Shown: positions 23,105 through 34,425, counted from the first letter of the whole stretch. The stretch: DNA of 63,953 nt, filler included, from Stramenopiles sp. TOSAG23-2 (GCA_900128395.1; 3 parts of 3 records of this genome joined end to end with filler, not necessarily neighbours in it), one strand, 5' to 3'. Translations and numbers: made by a program. The notes: generated from the letters alone by a model not told the origin.

Positions 23105-24865
23105 ATGAAACGTTCGATCTTTTTTCAATCAATACTACTAACTATAATCGTAATAGTATGTACAATATTACCTAATAATAATAACAATCTAATAGTTCAT
23201 GCAAAAAAAAGAAGTAAAAAAAAGAAAAATGCATTAAATCATTTTTCATTACAATTAAAAGTAAAATCAACACAGATTGAAGATACATTAAATGGTGCAA
23301 AAAAATTATTAGAGTATGGTAAAAAAGAAAAAATTGCTGAACCATTATTGATTTCACTACGTGCTGCGGTACAGAAATTGGAAGGTCATCATCGTAATAT
23401 GAAAAAAAAAGAAGCTAATAAAACACCATCAAAATCGAAAAATACACCGACGTCAGATGAAGGTGGCGCAACACCAGACCACGAGGAAAGCGAAGATGCA
23501 ATTAGTTTTTCAGCTGGAAGACGAAGGACAAGACCATTAAAATCATCGATGCAAGCACAAAAATGCAATTTTCCTACGTACAACTACAATGATTTTCAAG
23601 GAAAATGGGAAAAAGGTGAAGTAAGTATCCATTCACCGTTTAAAATTGTTGGCGCAGATGGAGATTTTAAACGATTGCGTGAATTGTGGCAGTTATCACG
23701 TTTAAGAAAAAAAGAAAATAGTACTATTAAATATTTAAGTCCTATGATGGCAAAAATGCAAATGCAAGGTCAACGTGATCCTGAAGCTGGTCAAACAGTA
23801 GAAATGTTGCAACCCCAAATGGTACCACCAGCAGAATATTTTGCAAAATGTTTTGGCAATACTAAAAAAACTGGTACAGATACGGAGTATTGTGAGCAAG
23901 TAGTACCAGCATTGCATTTTGGTGACGATGAAATTATTGATGGTGTATCTATTGAAGCAGTTGGTGGTATTGCGTTAAAATCAGTAATGGATGTGGCGAC
24001 ACGTAAATTATTAAAAGCTATTAATTCTACAACTGCAAATGGAATGTCAGATTTAGTGGAAAATGTCGCTAATTTTAAAGCCCAATATCAAGCAAAAGAT
24101 AGTCGAAAGATCCGGTTTGGTCCAGCTGGTAGTGGTACATCCATGGTTTATACGGGAGTACCAAATTTAGATGGATTAGTGCATGGTGCGAGACGTATAT
24201 TTGTTATGGGGCAAAAACAACACAGCAAATTCAAGTTGGAAGATGGATATGGTACTGCATTTAATTTTTTCGAAGATAAAATGTCTGAATTGAAAGATGA
24301 TGAAGGATTGGAAATCAATGCAAAGAATAAAATATGGGAATGTTCACAAGAAGCTGGAGAAATTGTATATGTACCAGTTGGTTATTATCGCACATCGTTA
24401 AGTTTGCAAGATAGTATTTCCTATGCACAAGATTTATTGATGCATGTGGGGCATGTAAACGAATGGGTAAAAGCAGCGTTATGGCAGCCACAAAGTCAAG
24501 TATGGACCGCCGCTGTATGTTTAAAAGAGAAAGATATACAAAAGCTCCCAGATATGGATCGATATAGTCAAATGATATCCCCAGGTGATTTAGTAAGAGC
24601 ATTTAATAAACAATTAAGTACACATAAAGCAATGAATGGGCTGATATTTCAAGCTATATTAGTATGCAAAGGTGTTGTATCTATTGAATTAGCAAATCAA
24701 AATTTATGTGGATTAGTATATCCAAAATGTATCAACCGTTTAGCAAAAAATTTCAAGGGAATGAAATTAAAAGTACCAGATTGGTTAAATAAGGAGAAGA
24801 AAATTGGTAAAAAATTGAAAAAACAATTGAAAAATAATAATGGGAAGAGAAAGGAAGAGTTGTAG
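23105..24865 (+). CDS. ER-luminal JmjC-fold protein (JMJD8-like) with degenerate metal ligands
   Basis: Signal peptide; FGPAGSG...GLVHGARRIFV...WECSQEAGEIVYVPVGYYRTSLSL cupin pattern; C-terminal KEEL. Confidence 0.8.
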   Translation: MKRSIFFQSILLTIIVIVCTILPNNNNNLIVHAKKRSKKKKNALNHFSLQLKVKSTQIEDTLNGAKKLLEYGKKEKIAEPLLISLRAAVQKLEGHHRNMKKKEANKTPSKSKNTPTSDEGGATPDHEESEDAISFSAGRRRTRPLKSSMQAQKCNFPTYNYNDFQGKWEKGEVSIHSPFKIVGADGDFKRLRELWQLSRLRKKENSTIKYLSPMMAKMQMQGQRDPEAGQTVEMLQPQMVPPAEYFAKCFGNTKKTGTDTEYCEQVVPALHFGDDEIIDGVSIEAVGGIALKSVMDVATRKLLKAINSTTANGMSDLVENVANFKAQYQAKDSRKIRFGPAGSGTSMVYTGVPNLDGLVHGARRIFVMGQKQHSKFKLEDGYGTAFNFFEDKMSELKDDEGLEINAKNKIWECSQEAGEIVYVPVGYYRTSLSLQDSISYAQDLLMHVGHVNEWVKAALWQPQSQVWTAAVCLKEKDIQKLPDMDRYSQMISPGDLVRAFNKQLSTHKAMNGLIFQAILVCKGVVSIELANQNLCGLVYPKCINRLAKNFKGMKLKVPDWLNKEKKIGKKLKKQLKNNNGKRKEEL

Positions 24866-25576
24866 TTAACGAATACGTATTTAATATTCGTATTTAAGGA
24901 TATTGTGGTTAAAATCTAAGTTAATACGACGTGTTATACATTATATATATATAATCATATATGTGATAAATATTATATCTATATGATAGTGCATATTATT
25001 CAAATATATTATATAAAAATATTTTATAAAATATCATAATTTTATCATACTTCCCATGGTAAATACTATCATAATTGCTCAATACTCTATCTCAGGAATA
25101 ATATTCAATCCTACTATAGTAAAGCTCTAATGCACGTGTGCAAACTAATACTCTCTATGATACGAGTATGAGTAGGTTTCTATCCTTCCATGAGTTCCGT
25201 CGTTGAACGCGCTGGACGTCGGATTCACTCGGAAGTGGTGAGGCTGTCAAAGTGAAAGATCCTGCTGTGAATAACAACTACGAATATTTAATTATCATAT
25301 ATTTAAAAATATGATTTTTCTTTTCTTATTTTTACTACTATGATAAATATAATACGAATCTCCGTATATACTTCGTACGTACATGTACATGATTTAAAAC
25401 GCAGAAAAAATATCCCCACTCTCTCGTACGTACGAACTTTCATGTGTATATATAATCGCAAATTCTACCCCCTCTCTCTAAACATTCATGATTTAAAACG
25501 CAGAAAAAATATCCCCACTCTCTCGTACGTACGAACTTTCATGTGTATATATAATCGCAAATTCTACCCCCTCTCT

Positions 25577-26280
25577 CTAAACATTCAACAATATTTTCTT
25601 CATTTGTTCCTCATCATTTTTATAATATGTTCGAATAACTTGTGAAATTAAATTTCTTTTTGATATTTTTCTTTGTTTATTTGCCTTTAATTGTAGTAAT
25701 CCTTGCAATCTCCAACGTAAATGATCACCTTCTGTACCATCTGAATTTACAATGCAGATATCGACCCAACCACCACTTGATTGTCCAGTACCTAATACAA
25801 TAGCATGTTTACCAATGTACATTTTTTTAACATTATATGATTCACCGAGTAAAACTTCTTTACCAACTAAATCACTTGATATTAAAGCACCACGACTCGT
25901 AGTAGTTTTATTATTTCGAGGACGATTTAATACAGGGCGTCTAGATGATGTTCCGCTTCCATCTGCAACAATTGAAGATGATGATGAGGAGACATACAAA
26001 CGATGCAAACCATTCGTTTTGTTTTGCGATAACGACGATGATAACGATGATGATGATAATGACGACGAACCACTTGCAAAATTATTAAATTTGTCTACAT
26101 GACTGGCTACAATTTCACGCTCAAACGATGGAATATCATTTAAAAAATGTTCATTGATTAAATAATTAGAATGTGTAAACAATGGTCTAACAAGAGTATT
26201 TAAATGTTCTTTCTGTAACAAAACTTGGTTATTGTGTTGCTTTATTGGCCAAATCAAATGTATAATAACACCACGACGTG
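25577..26280 (-). CDS. 3' fragment of an unknown protein (possible KOW/SH3-like C-terminal module); 5' part lost at a chimeric join
   Basis: Open frame without a genuine start; LVGKEVLLG...YIGKHAIVLGTGQSSGGWVDI; begins at the 26281 junction. Confidence 0.5.
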
Positions 26281-26325
26281 GGTCTAACAAGAGTATTTAA
26301 ATGTTCTTTCTGTAACAAAACTTGG

Positions 26326-28464
26326 TTATTGTGTTTGTTGATCATAACGTGTTTCTTTGACTTTTCCTGTATCTATTACATACGAGACATCATCGATTGT
26401 AATACTTGTCTCTGCAATGTTGGTTGACAATATTACTTTCCGATATTTTGGAAAATTTTTAAATACTAAGCGTTGCTCGGCTACTCTTAATGATCCATGA
26501 AGTTGTAAAATTTTCAGTGATAAATAATTACTTTCCTTTTTTATCAGTTGATCATTTAAAGTATTATAACATTGGTTTATTTCAGCAATACCAGGTAAAA
26601 AAATTAAAACAGCTTTCCCAATGCTATTGCTTGTATTTGATAATTTCACATCCTTGCCGTTCATCGCTTGTTGTAGTCGTCGATCCTCCTCTTCTAATTT
26701 GCAAATATATTTAATTATTTCAGCAATTAAATCATAATTAATTTTACTTTCATTAATTTTTTCAATTGTATTTCGTACATTAGGTGAACATTTATTTAAA
26801 GCATTATTAATCTCTACTTGAATCTGTTTCAGTTCTTTCTCATCTATCCTTGTATTATTTCCACCTCCTCCACTAGCAACAGCAACATTGTTGTCGTTGT
26901 TGTTGTTGTTATTAAATCGTTTTTTATGTCCATATGCAAAATATTCTGGACTAGGTGTGTATTTAATCATTGCCAATATATTTTCCAAACCATATTTTTC
27001 AACTGGAAATGTACGGCCTGGTATATCGATTGTTGGGCAATTGTTAAAATATTTCGAAAACATATCAGAATTCAACGTTGCGCTCATTAATACTATTTTT
27101 AAATCTGGTCTTTTCTTTAATAAATCTTTTAAAATGACAAGTATAAAATCCGATAATGTTTCACGTTCGTGTACCTCATCCAATAAAATATGACTGACAC
27201 CATCTAAATTTGGATTAGTTGATAAACGCCTTAATAAAATACCAACAGTACAAAAATTAATACGCGTATGTTTTGATAATCGATTATCTAATCTAATTTG
27301 ATAACCAATAACATCACCAATTTTCTCGCTACGTTCAACAGCAACACGCTCCGCAACCCCTATTGCACTTATACGCCGTGGCTGCGTGCATATAATATTA
27401 CATTGACCACCTTTTTTACTATCGATGAAATGTTCTAAAATAAATTGTGGTATTTGTGTTGTTTTCCCACAACCAGTTGCACCAGATATAACCATTACTT
27501 GGTTTTTTGATAATGTTTCAATCACTTTTGTACGAAATTTAGCTGCTGGTAAATTATTTCGATGCATTACCATCTTTTTATATTCATCCATGTTAGAAAC
27601 ATCATTATTACGATTTAATAAATATTTTGTTTCTATTTCTACCTCTTCGCTTGATAATATATTTTTACTTCTATTTTTTTCATTGTTTTTATGATATTTT
27701 TCACGTAGTTTTAACACTTTTGTTGTATTTTCATCATTTTTTTGTTTTACAGCATCATCATCACCATTTGCTTTTTGATTATTGTTTTTGCTAATCTCGT
27801 TTTGTCCTTTTATATCATCATTTTTATCAACAAAACCTGAGGGAGATTTACCTTCAGTAACAACGATCAAATCATCATTACAAAGAGCATCCGTACTTGT
27901 TATTTCTTCATATCCAATACCTTCAATTTCACAAAATGCACGTGATGGTTTTTTTAATTTTGTTTTCTTTGAAGAAAATTTATTTTTAGTTGTTTTAAAA
28001 ACTTCTTTTAAATTGTCACATCGTTTTAAAACGACTACTTTTTTCTCTGATGTTAAAAGAGTTCCAAGCTTGATTCTTACTTTTGATCCAGTTGGTACAT
28101 TTTTTTGTCTTTCCTCCTGCTTTCGTCTTTTCAAATCATCTTTTTTATCTTGTTTTAATTCTTTTTTCATTTGTTTTAACATATCCTCACGTGCTATTTT
28201 TCTCGGCATAACTTTTGATTTTTTCTTTGATGATGTTCGACTAATTTTTAAAACTTGCAGTTGATTTAATGCTTCTAATATGAAATTCTTATCAGTTGAT
28301 TTCAATGCAAGTCTTGATGCAGTACTACGTTTTGGATCAAATATTTGCTGATGTAGATCATAATTTTTGATGTTTTTTTGATATTTTTTCATTTTTTTAT
28401 CTTTGTCTCCTTTTTTTTTACTATGTTTTGATTTTGATTTTGCATATTTTTTCGATGATGACAT
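26326..28464 (-). CDS. DEAH-box RNA helicase (DHX36/DHX57/DHX29 group), 3'-truncated
   Basis: Motifs GATGCGKTT, TQPRRISA, DEVHER, MSAT, IFLPG, STNIAETSITIDD; ends at KETRYDQQTQ, before motif VI and the HA2 and OB domains. Confidence 0.92.
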   Translation of the reverse strand: MSSSKKYAKSKSKHSKKKGDKDKKMKKYQKNIKNYDLHQQIFDPKRSTASRLALKSTDKNFILEALNQLQVLKISRTSSKKKSKVMPRKIAREDMLKQMKKELKQDKKDDLKRRKQEERQKNVPTGSKVRIKLGTLLTSEKKVVVLKRCDNLKEVFKTTKNKFSSKKTKLKKPSRAFCEIEGIGYEEITSTDALCNDDLIVVTEGKSPSGFVDKNDDIKGQNEISKNNNQKANGDDDAVKQKNDENTTKVLKLREKYHKNNEKNRSKNILSSEEVEIETKYLLNRNNDVSNMDEYKKMVMHRNNLPAAKFRTKVIETLSKNQVMVISGATGCGKTTQIPQFILEHFIDSKKGGQCNIICTQPRRISAIGVAERVAVERSEKIGDVIGYQIRLDNRLSKHTRINFCTVGILLRRLSTNPNLDGVSHILLDEVHERETLSDFILVILKDLLKKRPDLKIVLMSATLNSDMFSKYFNNCPTIDIPGRTFPVEKYGLENILAMIKYTPSPEYFAYGHKKRFNNNNNNDNNVAVASGGGGNNTRIDEKELKQIQVEINNALNKCSPNVRNTIEKINESKINYDLIAEIIKYICKLEEEDRRLQQAMNGKDVKLSNTSNSIGKAVLIFLPGIAEINQCYNTLNDQLIKKESNYLSLKILQLHGSLRVAEQRLVFKNFPKYRKVILSTNIAETSITIDDVSYVIDTGKVKETRYDQQTQ

Positions 28465-28956
28465 ATTTGTTAGATATTATAATGATTTTACACGCACACA
28501 CAATTATAGCTAATAATTAGAAGAAGAAGAAAAAGAACAACAACAGTTGTATTATATCTATTATATCTATATACAACTTCTTTTACTTCTTTGCACCTTT
28601 CAAAACTTTATTTATAATTTTGTTATTGTATTATTGCATGATAAAATTCATTTTCTTAATTATTATTATTCATGAATTCAACAATAGCTTTTGTATCATA
28701 GCACAACACTAATAGTCTAATTAGTATAATTTCTTATTTTCTCGTGTTATTTTTAGGTCTTGGTATGGTAATAATGTTTTTGATCATACCTTCCCATTAT
28801 GACCATTTAATCCTATGTATATATATATCCGAAATTAATATTGATAAAATATTAATACGAATGAAAATACAATTGATGACAAATGTTTGACTACATCAAT
28901 AATTCCATATGCATATCATCTGTAGATTATATTTATTTCAAAGGAATTGAGAGGAC

Positions 28957-28964
28957 TTCCCGCC
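28957..28964 (+). promoter_or_regulatory. Candidate E2F-binding site upstream of RPA3
   Basis: TTCCCGCC about 215 bp upstream of the RPA3 ATG in otherwise very AT-rich DNA. Confidence 0.45.
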
Positions 28965-29176
28965 TTTGTCTTAAGCAATAGCAGGTAAATAGTATTGGCA
29001 AAATTTATTAATATTATTTTTAAATTTTGATGATTGGTGCATTGACTAAAAAAAGAAAAAAAAATATTGAATATGTAGAAACGTACAAACAAACAAAATC
29101 ATAGTGTTGATATTGAAACATTGAAAAACAAATAGTAACAATAATAATAATAACAATTTAATCAAAAGAAAGAAAA

Positions 29177-29512
29177 ATGGCTACTGAAATGGGATATATT
29201 CCAAGAATTGCTGGTGGGGAAATGTCACAATATGATGGGAAAATGGTTATGTTAATGGCACAAGTAATTAGTGATGACGGTACTGTTGCACAAGTTAAAA
29301 GTGCTGATGGCACCACTATCAACGTGCAAAGAGCACAAGAAGGTGGCAATCCATACACGTCTCCATATGTTGAAATTGTAGGTAAAGTATTTGGAAATGG
29401 GTTTACGGAAATTAAATGTAGTGCATGGAATGAATGCGATATGGAACAATATGCAAAATTGGTAGAGCTTCAAAATGGTCAATTTAAAGATTTATTTCAT
29501 CCATCCAAGTAA
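29177..29512 (+). CDS. RPA3: Replication protein A 14-kDa subunit
   Basis: 111-aa OB-fold pattern PRI...MSQYDGKMVMLMAQV...SADG...SPYVEIVGKV...YAKLVEL...FKDLF. Confidence 0.88.
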   Translation: MATEMGYIPRIAGGEMSQYDGKMVMLMAQVISDDGTVAQVKSADGTTINVQRAQEGGNPYTSPYVEIVGKVFGNGFTEIKCSAWNECDMEQYAKLVELQNGQFKDLFHPSK

Positions 29513-29910
29513 ATACCACACATCATATATAATAATATAAATAGTGTGCATATAAGATAAAAGAAGAATACGTGTGAACTAATATTACTTCTATTGAAAG
29601 ATAGATAGATATTGTATTTATAATGGATAGTATACCAGGAATGTGTGTAAGGGAGTTAAAATATGTACATCATATATTATAATAGTACGAACAATAATAT
29701 AATATACCCTGTGTATGTTTACATTCAAATAATACTACAAGAACATAATAATATGTAGTGAAAAAGTCTTCAACACACACTCCCTCATCATCTTCTCAAA
29801 TAGAGTGCGTGTTCAATGGAAGAAAAAGAGAGAGAGGAGAACGAGAGAAAAAGTATTTTGTACAGCGCAGAAACGTATATATTACAATCTAGATAGATAG
29901 AGATGTGTTT

Positions 29911-30771
29911 TTAATTCAAAAATCCTTTTTTAAATCCTCCTTTCTTTTTTTTTTTTACAGGTGATGATTTTTTCTTTTTCAATTTTTTTTTCTTTTCATT
30001 GATATTATTATTTAACATTTTCTCTTCTTCTTCTGCTTCTCTTAAAAGTTCCTCGATGATTTTACTTTGATTTTTAATTTCATCATGTTTACGTTTCACT
30101 TCCTTTTGACGTTCAATTTCTTTTGCATGCTTTTCCTCTGCCATTCGTCTCTTTCGTTCTTTACGATCTTCCACTTCTTGTTTTGCACGTGCTGCTTCAA
30201 CTTCTTTTTGTATTGCTTTTTTCCTTCGGTTCGCCATCATTTCATCAGATGCACGTACTGCTTGTGGTATGATATGTTCACCAGATCCAGGTTGTAAACG
30301 TTCTGCTTCTTGTTTTAAATCCATAAATTCTTCATTCATCCATTCCCTTGCAGCTTTGACTTCTTTCCAATGTTTCTCTTGAACAATACCGCGTTTTTTA
30401 CACCCTTCAAAATCTGGATATTCATTCTCTATCCGGCGAAAAATTGGTATTAATGCAACAGCACGTCGAAACAACAGTTGGTTTATAATTTTTGGATCTG
30501 GACAATTTTCCCTTGCATATTCATATTCTTTTATTTCTTTAATAGGAACTTTTAATTTATAATAATCACCCCATCCCAATTGTTTTTCAACTTCTGTAGT
30601 GCTTTCCGAAACAGTATCTGTAAATGGATCATATGCACTTAAATATTCCGTCGTTGACGTCTCATTTCCACCAGGAAACATTTTTTGTACATATATACCA
30701 ACTTTATATTTAAATGATAAATATACTATTACAAACAAAAATGATATGAATAATATATCATATATATCCAT
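29911..30771 (-). CDS. SEC66: Sec62/63 complex subunit Sec66 (Sec71)-like
   Basis: N-terminal TM helix, then LLFRRAVALI...KRGIVQEKHW...EFMDLKQEAERLQPGSGEHIIPQA, matching the Sec66 family pattern. Confidence 0.75.
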   Translation of the reverse strand: MDIYDILFISFLFVIVYLSFKYKVGIYVQKMFPGGNETSTTEYLSAYDPFTDTVSESTTEVEKQLGWGDYYKLKVPIKEIKEYEYARENCPDPKIINQLLFRRAVALIPIFRRIENEYPDFEGCKKRGIVQEKHWKEVKAAREWMNEEFMDLKQEAERLQPGSGEHIIPQAVRASDEMMANRRKKAIQKEVEAARAKQEVEDRKERKRRMAEEKHAKEIERQKEVKRKHDEIKNQSKIIEELLREAEEEEKMLNNNINEKKKKLKKKKSSPVKKKKKGGFKKGFLN

Positions 30772-31035
30772 GTTGCTGATTTTAATATTATATACGTGTG
30801 TGTTATATATATATATATATATATATTGATTCCTTGCGTTATTTCACTATATACACATTTATATAATGAATATATTAATTCGAATGAACAATATATCGTT
30901 TCTCTATAGAATATTTATATATTCTAATTTGTTGGTTGCGGCTAGAGCTAGGATCTATACAATCTAATATATAATATATATAATACTTATTATTATATAT
31001 ATATTAATTTATTTTGTATTAATATTATTATTAAT

Positions 31036-31240
31036 ATGCTATGACGCTATGACCATGCTAGGATCGTGGTTGAAATAGGTTGCAATAAGTACCAGGTAGA
31101 ATACGAAGAAGATTTGATTGAATGTAGATTCGTAATGCTATGTCTACGTCCTGTTCTTAATGCTACGACCATGCTATGGATCGTTGCAATAAATTTATAT
31201 GTTCAGGAAGAATACGAAGAAGATTTGATTGAATGATGTA
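31036..31240. repeat. Diverged ~110-bp tandem duplication in the Sec66 upstream region
   Basis: GACCATGCTA(T)GGATCGT and AGAATACGAAGAAGATTTGATTGAATG each occur twice with indels between them. Confidence 0.75.
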
Positions 31241-31885
31241 ATTACAGATATTGAATTACCGGATTTTATTTAAAACATTTTTAAATATGATGTATTATGT
31301 ATTATATGTATCACTTCACACCGTGTTTATTTAATTAAATATACTCGTATATATTTGTTTAATTTCATTTTTGTTGTTATTAGTGTTAAATCGAATTTTC
31401 GCTCATTTAAGTGCGTTTCCTTTGCTGTGTTCCTATTAGACCCTTTTGATAGACTCATTTATATACAACTTTAAGTATAAATAAGTGTCATAAATATCAA
31501 GTACAAGGGATAGTAAAGTAAGGGCCCTGACTGAGTGGATAGTGGATACAATGATACAATACGTTTTTATGATTTCACGTTCTGTTCTTTATTTACTAGA
31601 ATATGATAATGATCCTCCTATCTATCTTTGATCGCGGAATACGACTGTATCCTGTATCGATATATATGCGGTAGCTATCTGTTCAGTTTCTGATATCGTC
31701 GCTCGGTTTGTTACACAATTCTGAATTTAGTACCAGTTTCTCCGAATATTTATCGCTCGCTCGTTAGTAGTTTTTTGACCCTAGTAAGGGAACGGAACAA
31801 TACAAAATATTGTACCTAATAATTCGCGTTAATTTACGTTTGAGCTAGATTTTTTGGATCAATAGAAGATATTTCCATCAAATAT

Positions 31886-32930
31886 TTATAATAATAAATA
31901 AAATATTTCCGATGGTGTACATGAAACAACTTTAGTATATCTTGCATGTTCCAAATTATCTTCTGCATTGTTATCTTGATGCCAGTCGAAAAACTTTGAT
32001 GCATTTCCCATTGAAGATTGATCCAATATGGGTTGATCCAATATATGTGCTGCAACTATTTGTAACTTTGATTCCTCCCCATCTAATGAAAGATTATCTT
32101 TTGTAACACTTAATGCCACTGCATACTAGCCGTCCTTGACATAGTGCTTTTACTGAACTGGAATTCATTTAAGGGTTTTTAGATGTATTTGTTTTGTTTG
32201 GATATATGTATATTCAATTATATGTTAATGTTTATATGTTTAAGGATATGCTTCTTCTTGCACAATGTTTCTTTGACATATATATATATGTATCTATTAT
32301 ATGTATTAATATTATGGTCAATAATCCTCATTTTAAAAATTTAATTTTAGCTCTTCAATTTCTGCTAAAAGTTCATGGTTTGATCTAATGGCACCTTTCT
32401 GTTTTTTTGCTTTGTTTTAGCTTTTTTTCTTATTCCTGTGGCTTGTGATGATATGATATACATGTACAACAATATGCCTTTGATCCACTAATCTGGCTGT
32501 CACAATTTATACAACATACTTTGGTACATTTTGGAGGCGGCGGCAAAGTAAATGGGGAGATTATGCCATTTTCAATTATATTGATAACAAATGTACTGGC
32601 ATGAATTGCTTTCCATTTTCATATGCAATAAGTTTGCATGGAACAAAACTAATCTTTGTTGCTTTATATGCAAATGGTGTATCCCTTTCCCTTTAATATT
32701 TTTTCCTCTTTAAAATGTGTGATTGGTCAACACAACCATTATGTTGTGGTATAGTTCCAATTCAACTCTTTCTTACAACTGTACTTTATTTCCTTCACTT
32801 TTAGCTATTTCCATGTTTCTTTCCCAATTATTCTTTAGAATTATGCAGGTAAAGTCCAGAAAATGGGCCAAACTGCTACAGTTCAAATTTCAATCCTGGT
32901 ACAAGTGAGTGGGTTAGAGAAATTATGTCA
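31886..32930 (-). pseudogene. Degenerate coding relic with a 2OG-Fe(II) oxygenase-like fragment (FDWHQD) and a Cys-rich fragment
   Basis: Protein-like minus-strand segments (KLQIVAAHILDQ...FFDWHQD...YTKVV; CINCDSQISGSKAYCCTC) broken by stops and frameshifts; strong CpG depletion. Confidence 0.4.
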
Positions 32931-33216
32931 ACACCGGATCATTTGTATGGTCATTACATACAGATAGATGATGGCAATGCAATGATGTATGTATGTATGT
33001 ATTATCTGTTGTGCATTTTTAGTGTAAGAGGCCGTTTTTTTGCGGCCTGCAGAGAGGCCAATGCTATTCCCCCTATATATAATATTAGTGTTCATATAAG
33101 GTTTCCAGTAATAAGGGTACATAGCATTAACAGTTGGAACACGACGCTATAGCATTATTAATAAATAAGGCAGATACTAATAAATAAGGCAAAAGGCAAA
33201 AAAATATGCAAGTATA

Positions 33217-33292
33217 GCTGGAAAGCCAGATAGCTGGATAGCCTGGGAGCTGGCTGGGCTGGCCAGCTGGCGAGCCAGTGAGCCCAACTGGC
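33217..33292. repeat. GC-rich GCTGG/CCAGC low-complexity patch
   Basis: GCTGGAAAGCCAGATAGCTGGATAGCCTGGGAGCTGGCTGGGCTGGCCAGCTGG; related to 40290-40620. Confidence 0.65.
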
Positions 33293-33449
33293 CAATTTTT
33301 TCGGTGGTGGCAAATTATTATTATTGCGTATTCATCTATTGTGCTATTATATATTATTACAAGTAATTTCATTTATAACTATACTATAGAAGAAAATATC
33401 TTCAGCAATATTTCAATATACATCATAATATCAACTACATTTGCTAATA

Positions 33450-33481
<32 letters not shown>

Positions 33482-33488
33482 ATCAACG

Positions 33489-34154
33489 ATGTTATCTGGA
33501 ATGAATAACAATATGTATTTATCCGGTGAGTGGAGATATGATAAAATAGTGATATTAAAAAATTATAGAAAAGTAGATATATTTCAATTAATTACATGGT
33601 TTATAACGAATATTATTGGACAAGTTTTTGCTACCAAAGCTGCATGTGCGCCTACGTGGCGTGCGCAATTGTGTACGGAAACTATTTTATTTGATTTGAT
33701 TGAACCATTTTTCACATTTGTTATTACAAGCATGTTATTATCTGGTGTATATTGGAAATTAAATAAAGTTGTTAAAGATGATCCAAGAAAAAGTATAAAT
33801 AAAGCAACTGTAGCATGTTTTTTACATTTATATCTTGTTACATTATATTGTTGTTTATGTGCATCACGTTTTTATTGGTGGCTATTAGTATTTGGATTTT
33901 TTGGATTTATGCAAGATTTACATATATTTTTACGTATGAGTTTATATATGCGTTTAGCTGATTATCCAAGTGAAAGTAAAATTGATAAATATAAATTATT
34001 TGGTTGTTTACATATTCCAGTACAATCATTTTTCTTATGGCCATGTGGTATTTGTTGTGGTAGCAATAGTGGAATTAGAAATCGGAATGCAAGTGGTGGT
34101 AATGGTTTTAAAAAGATGGATATTGAAACAAGTCAAGAAAAATCTATGATATGA
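33489..34154 (+). CDS. Hypothetical multi-pass membrane protein
   Basis: 221-aa ORF with 4-5 hydrophobic segments and a Cys cluster near the C-terminus. Confidence 0.7.
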   Translation: MLSGMNNNMYLSGEWRYDKIVILKNYRKVDIFQLITWFITNIIGQVFATKAACAPTWRAQLCTETILFDLIEPFFTFVITSMLLSGVYWKLNKVVKDDPRKSINKATVACFLHLYLVTLYCCLCASRFYWWLLVFGFFGFMQDLHIFLRMSLYMRLADYPSESKIDKYKLFGCLHIPVQSFFLWPCGICCGSNSGIRNRNASGGNGFKKMDIETSQEKSMI

Positions 34155-34425
34155 AAAAGAGGGTGCGTGTAATATATAATGCGCGCGCGCGTTTGTGTGT
34201 GTATTATATATATGTATATGCCTATTTTCAATTTAAAATCAAAATTATATTTATACGTGTGTAATAATATTTTCGAAAAAATATTATACACACGGTGCCA
34301 CGAGTTCTCGTTATTTTTCCTATTTCTCTCCTGTAATAGTAAAAAATGACAATAAAAGTTCGTGTACTAAATATCATTCGTATGATATAGTGTATCATAG
34401 AATTAGTCGTGTCTATTTCACATTT

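Noticed and set aside
25100-25260. rRNA fragment or U3 snoRNA (short matches such as TGTCAAAGTGAA and CAGGATCTTTC)
   Set aside because: Matches are only 10-12 nt, not colinear, and required boxes are missing
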